From an uncultured bacterium (lineage in GTDB: Bacteria; Deinococcota; Deinococci; Deinococcales; Trueperaceae): a stretch of DNA of 64,000 nt. Shown piece by piece: positions 28,831-40,743 of the stretch; the first letter of the stretch is position 1; each line of letters starts with the position of its first letter. Where the stretch lies: the NCBI GenBank assembly GCA_964496495.1, contig CAZBZU010000012.1:1-64000 (forward strand). The letters are read 5' to 3'. Made by a program: the position numbers and the translations under genes. The notes under the pieces are model-generated. The model was given only the letters and a program-made list of their open reading frames with translations. It was not told where the DNA came from and ran no database searches.

Positions 28831-28836
28831 TAGACT
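28831..28836 (+). promoter_or_regulatory. -10 box TAGACT 6 nt upstream of GNAT ATG (leaderless)
   Basis: ggagTAGACTggccgcATG. Confidence 0.4.
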
Positions 28837-28842
28837 GGCCGC

Positions 28843-29412
28843 ATGCACCCGGGCTTCGGAAGGGTCACGCTGCGGCCGCTTGCCGAGCTGGACAACGTGG
28901 CGTGGCGGCAGATTCAGAGCCACTTCCGCGACCCCGAGATCGCCTTCCTCAACGGCACGCCGCCCAACCGCATGCCGCTGTGGCTGCTCAAGCGCGTGCT
29001 CAAGGCCGACTCCCGCCGCACCGACCGCGCCACCTTCGGGATCTTCGACGAACACGACGGCTACATCGGCACCATCGAGCTCTACGACCTGCGCGGCACC
29101 AGCGCCACGCTCGGCATCATCATCGGCGAGCGCAGCCACTGGGGGAAGGGCTACGGCCCGGAGGCCATCCATGCGCTGCTGAGCCACGCCTTCAGCGAGC
29201 TGGGCCTCGACCACGTGCGGCTCAACACCTTCGGCGACAACCTGCGCGCGCAGGCCGCCTTCCGCAAGGTGGGCTTCCGCGAGGTGAGCCGCAACCGCGT
29301 GGCGGGCGGGCGGGTGGACGTGCACATGGAGCTGTACCGCGGCGCCTACCTCGAGTCGCGCAGCGCGGCCGCGCCACCCCGGCGCGGCGAAGCCGCCGGC
29401 CGCACCGGCTGA
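28843..29412 (+). CDS. GNAT family N-acetyltransferase
   Basis: 189 aa. RimJ/RimL-like acetyl-CoA motif (GIIIGERSHWGKGYGPEAI). TAGACT -10 6 nt upstream of ATG (leaderless). Confidence 0.8.
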   Translation: MHPGFGRVTLRPLAELDNVAWRQIQSHFRDPEIAFLNGTPPNRMPLWLLKRVLKADSRRTDRATFGIFDEHDGYIGTIELYDLRGTSATLGIIIGERSHWGKGYGPEAIHALLSHAFSELGLDHVRLNTFGDNLRAQAAFRKVGFREVSRNRVAGGRVDVHMELYRGAYLESRSAAAPPRRGEAAGRTG

Positions 29413-29419
29413 GCGCGGC

Positions 29420-31267
<1,848 letters not shown>

Positions 31268-31495
31268 ACGGCAGTCTACCGTCGGCCACGGGCTTCACGG
31301 GTAGCGTCCCGGCATCGGGGCGGGCGGCTCTAGCGGCCCGCCGCCGGCCCGGACATCGTGCCCGCCCGGGACGTTCGCCACTAGGTCCGACCCCACCCGG
31401 CGGCAGTAGCCTCACGCTGTAAGGAGCCTCGTGGAGCGTCGCGACGAATCGAGCGGCATGGGCGGAGGCGTGGATGTGACGGCAGCCGGTGTCAG

Positions 31496-31507
31496 GTCTC
31501 GAGACCG
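31496..31507. promoter_or_regulatory. Perfect 12-bp palindrome GGTCTCGAGACC ~105 nt upstream of ppdK
   Basis: Read directly. Lies in the uvrC/ppdK divergent intergenic region. Confidence 0.3.
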
Positions 31508-31611
31508 GCGGTCGGGCTGTCGCATCGCGCTCCGTTCCGGCCCGGGCGCGCGGCTGGACGGTCGACACGCTGCCCGGCAGTTGCTGCAGATCCAGAAGGA
31601 GGTCGGTCCGG

Positions 31612-34377
31612 ATGTCCAACAAGTGGGTCTACCTGTTCGATGAGGTCGGCGAGGCCGAGCAGAGCGTGGGGAGCTGGGACGAGGTCCGCGGGCTGCTCGG
31701 CGGCAAGGGAGCCAACCTGGCCGACATGACGCGGCTCGGCGTGCCCGTCCCGCCCGGCTTCACCGTTTCCACCAAGGCGTGCAACGCCTACCTCGAGGCA
31801 GGCGAGGCGTTCCCCGAGGGGATGTGGGAGCAGGAGCTGGAAGCGCTCCACACGGTGGAGGCGGCGACCAACAAACGCTTCGGCGACCCCGCCAAGCCGC
31901 TGCTGGTGTCCTGCCGCTCCGGCGCCAAGTTCTCCATGCCGGGGATGATGGACACCATCCTGAACATCGGCCTCAACGACGAGGTGGCCGAGGGGCTCAT
32001 CGCGCTCACCGCCGACGACCGCTTCGTGTTCGACGCCTACCGCCGCCTGGTGCAGATGTTCGGTAGCGTGGTGCTGGGGGTGCCGGACGAGGTCTTCGAG
32101 GCGGTCATCACCGCCAGGCGCAAGCGCTCGGGCGTCGAGCTCGACTCCCAGCTCACCGCCGACGAGTGGCGCGAGGTCACCCGCAAGTTCAAGGAGATCG
32201 TCAAGACGTACACCGGCCAGGAGTTCCCGGAAGCGCCCATCGACCAGCTGAAGCTGGCGACCGAGGCGGTGTTCAAGTCCTGGAACGGCAAGCGCGCCAT
32301 CGACTACCGCAACGCCGCCGGCATCCGTCACGACCTCGGCACCGCCGTCAACATCGTCACCATGGTCTTCGGCAACATGGGCAACGACTGCGCCACCGGC
32401 GTGGCCATGACCCGCAACGCCACCACCGGTGAGCCGGAGGTCGAGGGCGACTACCTGGTCAATGCCCAGGGCGAGGACGTGGTGGCAGGCATCCGCGCCA
32501 CCCAACCGATCTCCGACCTGGCGATGGACATGCCCGGCGTCTACGAGGAGTTCAAGGACATCGCCAGCCGGCTCGAGCATCACTACCGCAACATGCAGGA
32601 CATGGAGTTCACCATCGAGCACGGCAAGCTGTGGCTGCTCCAGACCCGCGACGGCAAGCGCACCGCGCAGGCCGAGGTGCGCATCGCGGTCGACATGGTC
32701 GAGGAGGGGCTCATCGGCAAGGAGGAGGCCGTCGAGCGGGTCAAGCCCGGTCAGGTCGATTTCTTCCTCCACCCGCAGCTCGAGTCCGCGGCCCGCAAGG
32801 CCGCCAAGAAGATCGCGTCCGGCCTGAACGTGAGCCCCGGCGCGGCCGTCGGCCAGGTGGCGTTCGACGCCGACACCGCCGAGCGGTGGGCCCACGAGGA
32901 TCATCGCGACGTCATCATGGTGCGGCCCGAGACCAAGCCGGATGACGTGCACGGCATGCTTGCGGCCAAGGGCATCGTCACCAGCCGCGGAGGCCGCACC
33001 AGCCACGCCGCGCTGGTCGCGCGCCAGTTCGGCAAGCCCGCCGTGGTCGGCATCGCCGAGCTGGAGATCGACCTGGAAATGCGCGAGATGAGCGTCGGCG
33101 AGATCACCGTCAAGGAGGGCGAGTTCATCTCCATCGACGGAACGGTGGGCGTCGTCTACGCCGGCAACCTACCCACCGTCGTGCCCGACATCAGCAACGC
33201 CTACCTCAACAAGATCCTGGACTGGGCCGACGAGATCCGCGTGCTTGGCGTGCGCGCCAACGCCGACTACCCGGCCGACGCCGAGCGCGCCCGCAACTAC
33301 GGCGCGGAGGGCCTGGGGCTGGTGCGCACCGAGCACATGTTCTTCGAGCCGGAGCGCCTCCCCACGGTGCAGAAGATGATCATGGCGCGCAACGCCACCG
33401 AGCGCGCCGAGGCGCTCGACGCCCTGTTGCCGATGCAGCGCAAGGACTTCGAGGGGCTCTTCCGCGCCATGGACGGGCTGCCGGTCATCATCCGGCTCAT
33501 CGACCCGCCGCTGCACGAGTTCCTCCCCTCGCACGACGAGCTGGTGCGCGACCTGGCGGACCTCAAGGTCCAGCTGCAACACTTCCACACCCTCAGCGAG
33601 GTGGACACCGCGCTGGCCGTGATCCGCGAGAAGTCCGACCACCTGGAGCGCGTCTCCGAGCTGCGTGAGGCGAACCCCATGCTCGGCACCCGCGGCGTGC
33701 GCCTGGGCATCCTCATCCCCGAGCTCACCCGGATGCAGGTCCGCGCCATCTTCCAGGCTGCCTGCGAGGTCAAGCGCGAGGGCGTCGACGTTCGTCCAGA
33801 GATCATGATCCCGCTGGTGAGCCACATCAACGAGCTGCAGCTCCAGCGCAAGGCCCTCGAGGAAGAGGCCAAGGCCGTGATGACCGAGTACGGCCAGGAG
33901 ATCCACTACCTCTTCGGCACCATGATCGAGGTGCCCCGCGCGGCGCTCACCGCCAGCGAGCTGGCGGAATCCGCCGAGTTCTTCAGCTACGGCACCAACG
34001 ACCTCACCCAGACCACCTTCGGCATCTCCCGCGACGACGCCGAGAAGGGGTTCCTGATGCACTACCTCGAGAACGGCATCCTCGAGGAGAACCCCTTCAC
34101 CACCATCGACCCCGGTGGTGTGGGCCGGCTCATCGAGATGGGCACCCAGACCGGACGCGCCACCCGACCCGATCTGGAGGTCGGCATCTGTGGCGAGCAC
34201 GGCGGCGACCCCGCGTCGATCCATCTGTGCCACGCGCTCGGCCTCGACTACGTCAGCTGCTCGCCGTTCCGCGTGCCCATCGCGCGACTCTCGGCGGCGC
34301 ACGCAGCGCTCAAGTACGGCCAGCGCGGCCAGGAAGCACCCGGCGGGAAGCCCGAGTCGGAGCCCGTGAAGGCCTGA
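31612..34377 (+). CDS. ppdK: Pyruvate, phosphate dikinase
   Basis: 921 aa from ATG 31612 with GAAGGAGG RBS. MSNKWVYLFDE...GGKGANLADM, phospho-His region GGRTSHAALVARQFGKPAVVG, C-terminal PEP-utilising TIM barrel. Confidence 0.95.
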   Translation: MSNKWVYLFDEVGEAEQSVGSWDEVRGLLGGKGANLADMTRLGVPVPPGFTVSTKACNAYLEAGEAFPEGMWEQELEALHTVEAATNKRFGDPAKPLLVSCRSGAKFSMPGMMDTILNIGLNDEVAEGLIALTADDRFVFDAYRRLVQMFGSVVLGVPDEVFEAVITARRKRSGVELDSQLTADEWREVTRKFKEIVKTYTGQEFPEAPIDQLKLATEAVFKSWNGKRAIDYRNAAGIRHDLGTAVNIVTMVFGNMGNDCATGVAMTRNATTGEPEVEGDYLVNAQGEDVVAGIRATQPISDLAMDMPGVYEEFKDIASRLEHHYRNMQDMEFTIEHGKLWLLQTRDGKRTAQAEVRIAVDMVEEGLIGKEEAVERVKPGQVDFFLHPQLESAARKAAKKIASGLNVSPGAAVGQVAFDADTAERWAHEDHRDVIMVRPETKPDDVHGMLAAKGIVTSRGGRTSHAALVARQFGKPAVVGIAELEIDLEMREMSVGEITVKEGEFISIDGTVGVVYAGNLPTVVPDISNAYLNKILDWADEIRVLGVRANADYPADAERARNYGAEGLGLVRTEHMFFEPERLPTVQKMIMARNATERAEALDALLPMQRKDFEGLFRAMDGLPVIIRLIDPPLHEFLPSHDELVRDLADLKVQLQHFHTLSEVDTALAVIREKSDHLERVSELREANPMLGTRGVRLGILIPELTRMQVRAIFQAACEVKREGVDVRPEIMIPLVSHINELQLQRKALEEEAKAVMTEYGQEIHYLFGTMIEVPRAALTASELAESAEFFSYGTNDLTQTTFGISRDDAEKGFLMHYLENGILEENPFTTIDPGGVGRLIEMGTQTGRATRPDLEVGICGEHGGDPASIHLCHALGLDYVSCSPFRVPIARLSAAHAALKYGQRGQEAPGGKPESEPVKA

Positions 34378-34401
34378 GCCAGGGACCGACCGTCCACGGT
34401 G

Positions 34402-34433
34402 GGAGGGCGCCACGCGCGTGCGTGGCGCCCTCC
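34402..34433. terminator. 14-bp perfect GC stem / 4-nt loop hairpin between convergent ppdK and marR, a candidate bidirectional terminator
   Basis: ggagggcgccacgc-gcgt-gcgtggcgccctcc, 25 nt after the ppdK stop. Confidence 0.45.
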
Positions 34434-34569
34434 ACGTCTATCGCGGCGGCGGGTTCGGGTGGCGCTGTCTGCGCCGCCTGGATCGGGTGTCATCGACCGA
34501 CCTGGGAAAGCCCGATGACGCTCCTTGCCATGGCGAAGTCGCGCAGCGGCGCGGCCTGGGGGTCGCCCG

Positions 34570-35115
34570 CTACGGGCGTCGATCTGCGCGTCCTGCGCGG
34601 ATCTTGGCGACCACCTGCTGGAGTGCTTGCAGATCGGCCCGCGACAGGTGCTGGCCGAAGTGTTTGTCGAGGTCGCGGTGGTAGCCGGCCGCGAGCCGCC
34701 GGCAGGCCTCTCGGCCCCGTTCCGTCAGCACGGCGTAGGCGCCGCGACGGTCGTTCTCATCGGGACCGCGCCGCACCAGCTCGCGCGCCTCCAGGCGGTC
34801 GACGAGCCGCGTCAGGCCGCCCCGGGTCAGGGCCACGTCGGCCGCCAGCTTCTGCATCCGGAGGCGCCCGTCCGGGGCGGCGGCGAGCCGGCTCAGCACC
34901 TGGTACCAGGTCAGCACGTACCCTTCGGCCTTCATGCCGTCTTCCAGGGTCCGGGCCAGCCCTTGCACCATCTGGAGCAACGCTGCCCACACGACGGCCG
35001 GCTCCGGAGCGGCGGTCGCGTCGGGCTGGGCGCCGGCAGGGTGCGGCGCGGTATCGCTGGGGCCGCGTCCAGCGTCACCCTGTCGGTTTCTCGGTGTCCG
35101 CGTCTTCATCGTCAC
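34570..35115 (-). CDS. MarR family transcriptional regulator
   Basis: 181 aa. The wHTH core (LTWYQVLSRLAAAPDGRLRMQKLAADVALTRGGLTRLVDRLEARELVRR) follows an Ala/Pro-rich N-terminal tail. Confidence 0.85.
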   Translation of the reverse strand: MTMKTRTPRNRQGDAGRGPSDTAPHPAGAQPDATAAPEPAVVWAALLQMVQGLARTLEDGMKAEGYVLTWYQVLSRLAAAPDGRLRMQKLAADVALTRGGLTRLVDRLEARELVRRGPDENDRRGAYAVLTERGREACRRLAAGYHRDLDKHFGQHLSRADLQALQQVVAKIRAGRADRRP

Positions 35116-35164
35116 CAGCTATACCGCAAATTGCTTGCTCGCGCAATCTTTTACCGTTCACCAG

Positions 35165-35193
35165 TTGACTATTCAACGGTTTTCTGCTATACT
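35165..35193 (+). promoter_or_regulatory. Consensus sigma70 promoter TTGACT-N17-TATACT in the marR/small-gene divergent region
   Basis: cagTTGACTattcaacggttttctgcTATACTtc within a locally AT-rich island (~50% GC against ~70% background). Confidence 0.5.
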
Positions 35194-35339
35194 TCTCTTT
35201 GCACCTCGTCTCGTCTACAGCCCGACAACAGCCCTGTGCACTGCTCAAACCCGGTGTAGCTCGCCGGCGTAGGTTGCGCCTGTTGCGAGGCGGTCGGTTC
35301 GGCCGGGCGCCGCGTGACGCGCGAAGGGAGTACCGCTCT

Positions 35340-35624
35340 ATGGCCTACATCATGGTCAGACACAACGTGAAGGACCTCGCCAGCTGGAAGACCGCCTTCG
35401 AGGGTGACGCCGGCCGGCGCCGCACCGGAGGCTCCAAGAGCGCCCAGGTCTTCCACGATTCCGAGCATCCCAATACCGTGGTCGGGCTCTTGGAGTTCGA
35501 CACCGCCGACAGGGCACGGAAGTTTGCCAACGACCCGGCCCTCAAGGGGCTCATGGAGAAGGCCGGCGTGCTCGGGGACCCCGAGATCACCTACCTCGAT
35601 TTCGTGGAACGCTCGGCTAACTGA
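35340..35624 (+). CDS. Small hypothetical protein (ABM/Dabb-like alpha+beta fold suggested)
   Basis: 94 aa. Divergent from marR. Sits downstream of a consensus sigma70 promoter (35165-35193). High GC3. Function unknown. Confidence 0.5.
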   Translation: MAYIMVRHNVKDLASWKTAFEGDAGRRRTGGSKSAQVFHDSEHPNTVVGLLEFDTADRARKFANDPALKGLMEKAGVLGDPEITYLDFVERSAN

Positions 35625-35867
35625 GCCTCGCGGCCCGGGAGCTGAAGGGCAACGAGGGGGCGACCGTTGAGGCCGCCCCCTCGTTCATGGCTCGACGGGG
35701 GCGAGCGCGCCGGTCGGGGTGACACTGGACGTGAACGGCAACCCGTGGGTAACGCACCAGAGCACGGCGCCCGTGGTGCAGGAGTTCGAGACCACCGACA
35801 TTGCAGCTACGGGATCGCGCCCACTCCGCGAGCCTACGCGCGCGCTATGGCCCCATGCCGCAGCCGG

Positions 35868-37241
35868 TCACAGGTCCAGCATCAGCTCCTCGGGCATCTG
35901 CAGCAGCTCGATCACCCGGCTAGTGAACATCGCCCCGTCGGCCCCGTCGACCAGGCGATGGTCGAATGAAAGGCTGAGGTAGAGCATGTCGCGAGCGACG
36001 ATGGTGTCGTCCTCCAGCACCACTGGCCGCCGTTTGATGGAGTGCACGCCCAGGATGGCCGCCTCCGGCACGTTGATGATGGGGAAGCTGAACAGCCCGC
36101 CGAGGCTGCCGATGTTGGTGACCGAGAAGGTGCCGCCGCGAACGTCGTCCTGCGTCAACTTGCCGGCGCGCGCGGCCTCCGCCAGGCGGTTGACCTCCGC
36201 CGCCACCTCCAGGATCGTGTGCTGATCCACGTGGTGAACGACGGGAACCGTCAACCCCGCCTCGGTGGCCACGGCCATCCCGATGTTGAAGTAGTGCTTG
36301 CGGACGATCTCGCCCTTTTCCTCGTCGAGGCTGGCGTTGAGCTGCGGGAAGGCCTGCAGCGCGGCCACCACCGCCTTCATCACGAACGGGAGGTAGGACA
36401 GCCGCACGCCCCGCGCCTCGGCCACCGGCTTGAGGCGGCGCCGGAGCGCCACCAGCCCGCTGACGTCGGCCTCGTCGACGTGGAGGGTGCGCACGGTATG
36501 GAGGTGTGAGGTGAGCATCTGGTTGGAGATCACCCGCCGGAGGCCGCGCAGGGGGATGCGCTCCTCGCCTTCCGGGTAGGCTGCCGGCGAGGCGATCTGG
36601 GACGGCGGGCCGGCGGGCGCCACCACGCCCGCGGCAGAACGCGCGCGCTCGGCGTGCGCGCGCACGTCGTCCGTGCGGATGCGCCCGTTGGGGCCGCTTC
36701 CCTCCACCAGCGCGATGTCCACCTCGAGCTCGCGGGCCAGCCGCCTGGCCGCCGGCACCGCCAGCACCCGGCCGTAAGGGCCGCGGGCAGCGGGCGCGGC
36801 ACGCTGGCCACCCGCCCCCGACCTGACCTGCACGGTCACGGCGCCGGCGTCCTCCTCGTTGGGGCGGAAGAGGCTGAGGCGGGCGCCATCGTCCTCGTTC
36901 ACGCCGCCGGGCTCGACGATCGAACGCTCCTCCGCTGCGCGCTCGGCCGCCTCCGGGTCACGGGCCGTCTCGGCCCCCGATGCGGAGGCGCCGGCCGCCG
37001 GGGCACCGTCGGCGAACAGCGCGATGGGCTCGTTGACCGGCACCACGTCACCCTCTGCCACCAGCTGCTTCTCCAGCACGCCGGCGTAGGGGCTGGGCAG
37101 CTCTACGGTCACCTTGTCGGTCATCACCTCGACGATCGGCTGGTCCTGCTCGACCGCCTCGCCCTCGGCGACGATCCAGCGGACGATCTCACCCTCGACC
37201 ACCGACTCGGCCAGCTCGGGAAGCCGGAACTCTCTCGCCAT
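35868..37241 (-). CDS. Dihydrolipoamide acyltransferase (E2) of the branched-chain 2-oxo-acid dehydrogenase complex
   Basis: 457 aa. Lipoyl domain (EVMTDKVTVELPSPYAGVL), Ala/Pro-rich linkers, E3-binding domain, catalytic domain with DHRLVDGA motif. Confidence 0.9.
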   Translation of the reverse strand: MAREFRLPELAESVVEGEIVRWIVAEGEAVEQDQPIVEVMTDKVTVELPSPYAGVLEKQLVAEGDVVPVNEPIALFADGAPAAGASASGAETARDPEAAERAAEERSIVEPGGVNEDDGARLSLFRPNEEDAGAVTVQVRSGAGGQRAAPAARGPYGRVLAVPAARRLARELEVDIALVEGSGPNGRIRTDDVRAHAERARSAAGVVAPAGPPSQIASPAAYPEGEERIPLRGLRRVISNQMLTSHLHTVRTLHVDEADVSGLVALRRRLKPVAEARGVRLSYLPFVMKAVVAALQAFPQLNASLDEEKGEIVRKHYFNIGMAVATEAGLTVPVVHHVDQHTILEVAAEVNRLAEAARAGKLTQDDVRGGTFSVTNIGSLGGLFSFPIINVPEAAILGVHSIKRRPVVLEDDTIVARDMLYLSLSFDHRLVDGADGAMFTSRVIELLQMPEELMLDL

Positions 37242-37371
37242 GCACACTCCTCGACCACCGCGCGGGGCGCGGCCCAGGGTTCCTCTGACGCAACGCGTTC
37301 GCGTGGCGCCGTGCCGCTACCAGGCCGGAAGAGCCGGAAGCGTCGCCGATCGCCGCCCGAGACGGGCCTCC

Positions 37372-38349
37372 TCAGTACTCCAACGCCCGCTTCACCGCAC
37401 GCAGGATACGGTTGGGGCCAGGCAGGTAGGCGCGGTCCTGCGCGTACGGGTAGGGCGTGTCGAAACCGCTTACGCGCAGCGGCGGAGCGAGCAGCAGGTC
37501 CAGCGCCTCCTCGGCGACCGTTGCCGCCACCTCGCTCATGAAGCCCACCGATCTCGGCGCCTCGCTGACGAGCACGATCCGACCCACCCGCGCCACCGCC
37601 TCCAGCACCGCGTCCTTGTCCCAGGGCATCAGCGACCGCAGGTCGATGACCTCGGCGGACACCCCTTGCTCGGCGAGGGCATCGGCCGCCTTCAGGGTCT
37701 CGGCCATGGCGCCCCCGTAGGAGACCAGCACCACGTCGTCGCCCCCCCGCCGCACGGCCGCCTCGCCGACAGGCAAGGTGAACTCGGGGTCGTCCGGCAC
37801 GTCCTCCTTGACGGCGCGGTAGAGCCGCTTGGGCTCCATGAACACCACGGGATCGTCGTCTCGGATCGCGCTTCGCAAGAGCCCGCGAACGTCGGTCGGC
37901 GTCGACGGGTACACCACCTTGAGCCCAGCGGTGTGCACGAAGTGCGTCTCCGGCGACTGCGAGTGATGGTGCCCACCCTTGACGCCGCCCCCGGCAGGCA
38001 TCCGGATCACCATGGGCGCGCTGAACTGCCCGCCCGAGCGGTAGCGAAGCTTCGCCACCTGCGACACCAGCTGGTCGAACCCCGGGAAGACGTAGTCGGA
38101 GAACTGCACCTCCGCAACCGGCCGCAGCCCGTGGACCGCCATGCCCAGCGCCGAGCCGATGATGGCGGCCTCCGACAGCGGCGTGTCGATGACGCGGTCG
38201 GGGCCGTACCTGTCGAAGAGCTTCTCGGTGGCGAGGAAGACGCCGCCCCGCTTCCCGACGTCCTGCCCTAGCACCACCACGCGCTCGTCCGCGCCCATCT
38301 CCTGGTCGAGCGTCCGTGCGATGGTCTGGACCATGGTCTGCACGGCCAC
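37372..38349 (-). CDS. 2-oxoisovalerate dehydrogenase E1 beta subunit
   Basis: 325 aa. Transketolase-like pyrimidine-binding and C-terminal domains. Operon order E1alpha-E1beta-E2. Confidence 0.95.
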   Translation of the reverse strand: MAVQTMVQTIARTLDQEMGADERVVVLGQDVGKRGGVFLATEKLFDRYGPDRVIDTPLSEAAIIGSALGMAVHGLRPVAEVQFSDYVFPGFDQLVSQVAKLRYRSGGQFSAPMVIRMPAGGGVKGGHHHSQSPETHFVHTAGLKVVYPSTPTDVRGLLRSAIRDDDPVVFMEPKRLYRAVKEDVPDDPEFTLPVGEAAVRRGGDDVVLVSYGGAMAETLKAADALAEQGVSAEVIDLRSLMPWDKDAVLEAVARVGRIVLVSEAPRSVGFMSEVAATVAEEALDLLLAPPLRVSGFDTPYPYAQDRAYLPGPNRILRAVKRALEY

Positions 38350-38392
38350 GGCTCAGCCCTCCCTCGCCCGGGCCGGGACGCGGCCGGCGCGC

Positions 38393-39502
<1,110 letters not shown>

Positions 39503-39600
39503 TCACCACGTTCGCGCCGCTCGCGCGCAGCCGTGCGCCGGCGTGGCGGCGGTGATGGCGCGGCACGCGCGCCGACCACCTTGCACCGGGTTCAACGAGA

Positions 39601-39645
39601 AGCCCCGGTGCGGGGACACCGGGGCTGCACCAGGAACCGGGTTCC
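39601..39645. promoter_or_regulatory. Two adjacent inverted repeats (10-bp stem/6-nt loop hairpin 39601-39626; palindrome GGAACCgGGTTCC 39633-39645) in the BCKDH/HRDC divergent intergenic region
   Basis: agccccggtg-cgggga-caccggggct, then ggaaccgggttcc. Confidence 0.3.
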
Positions 39646-39922
39646 CTAGCAAAACGATCATCCCGCTGTCCGAACGCGTGGTCATGACGTGTGCCCGTTT
39701 CGGCGGCCGCGGCGCCCGCGGCCCACCCCACCGTGTGGGTTCGCCAAACCATACCACCCCGTCAGAGCGCCGTTTGTAGCGCATCCCATACCCCCTGGCG
39801 TGGCCGCGAGCTCCCTCTGGGATGGCGATCTCACGGTTCGGCCGGAGTCGTGCGAGAGGCTCGCGGGCTACACTGGGATATCGACCGGCTCGCTCGTCGC
39901 GAGGGAGGGAGTGCTCTTCGCC

Positions 39923-40711
39923 ATGACCAACACGCGCCTCGTCGCCTACGCGCTCATCGCGATCGGCATCGTCGCTTTGCTGTCGCGGATCACCGCCGAC
40001 GCCGGCTGGCTGTGGATCGGCCTGGTGGCGGCCGGCTTCATCTTCGCCTACCAGCGCGAGCGCGTGTACCCGTTCCTGGTCGTCGGGAGCATCCTCATGG
40101 GCGTCGCGGTGGGCATCCTGCTGGAGGGCAGCTGGCACTGGCCGGGCGCCTTCCTGGTGAGCCTGGGCGCCGGCGTGGCGGCGATCGATCTCGCAGCTCC
40201 CCGGGACAACCGCTGGCCCAGGTGGGTCGGCCTCCTGCTGATCGCGCTGGGCGTGGTGACCGGCCTGGCGCAGACGGGTGTCCTGACGTCCTCCGCCTTC
40301 GCGGTGCTGCTGATCGCGGCCGGCGTGGCGATGGTGCTGCTCCCCAGGCGGGGGCGCCAGGCCGAGACGGCGCCCGAGGGCGCGGACGCGGCCGTCGGCC
40401 AAGCGGGCGCGGAAGCCCCCACGCCGCAGCCACCCTCGGCAGGCGCCTCGGACCGCCCGTCGCCGTCCGCGGCTTCCTCCGCCGCCACCCCGGAGGTTGC
40501 GGGTCCGCGCGAGGCACTCCTCGCCTGGCGGCGTGACACGGCCGCCGCCGAGGGCCGCAGCGAGGCCCTGGTGCTGCGCGACGACACCCTCGAGGCGCTG
40601 CTCGCGGACCGGCCAGCCACGCTCGACGAGCTGGCGCGGGTCAAGGGCGTCGGACCGGTGACGCTGGAACGCTACGGCGCCGACATCCTCGCCAGGCTGC
40701 AGGGAGGCTGA
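39923..40711 (+). CDS. Membrane protein with C-terminal HRDC domain
   Basis: 262 aa from ATG 39923 (aa 79 of track ORF). Four predicted TM helices, an Ala/Pro/Ser-rich linker, then EALLAWRRDTAAAEGRSEALVLRDDTLEALLADRPATLDELARVKGVGPVTLERYGADILARL, which matches the RecQ/RNase D HRDC consensus. Confidence 0.6.
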   Translation: MTNTRLVAYALIAIGIVALLSRITADAGWLWIGLVAAGFIFAYQRERVYPFLVVGSILMGVAVGILLEGSWHWPGAFLVSLGAGVAAIDLAAPRDNRWPRWVGLLLIALGVVTGLAQTGVLTSSAFAVLLIAAGVAMVLLPRRGRQAETAPEGADAAVGQAGAEAPTPQPPSAGASDRPSPSAASSAATPEVAGPREALLAWRRDTAAAEGRSEALVLRDDTLEALLADRPATLDELARVKGVGPVTLERYGADILARLQGG

Positions 40712-40743
40712 GCCGGGCCGGCCGTGCCCACTGGGCTTACAAT

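Noticed and set aside
31431-31643. Small ORFs upstream of ppdK (31431..31643+, 31489 start of the track ORF)
   Set aside because: They are in-frame upstream extensions without an RBS. ATG 31612 has a consensus GAAGGAGG SD sequence and the conserved PPDK N-terminus.
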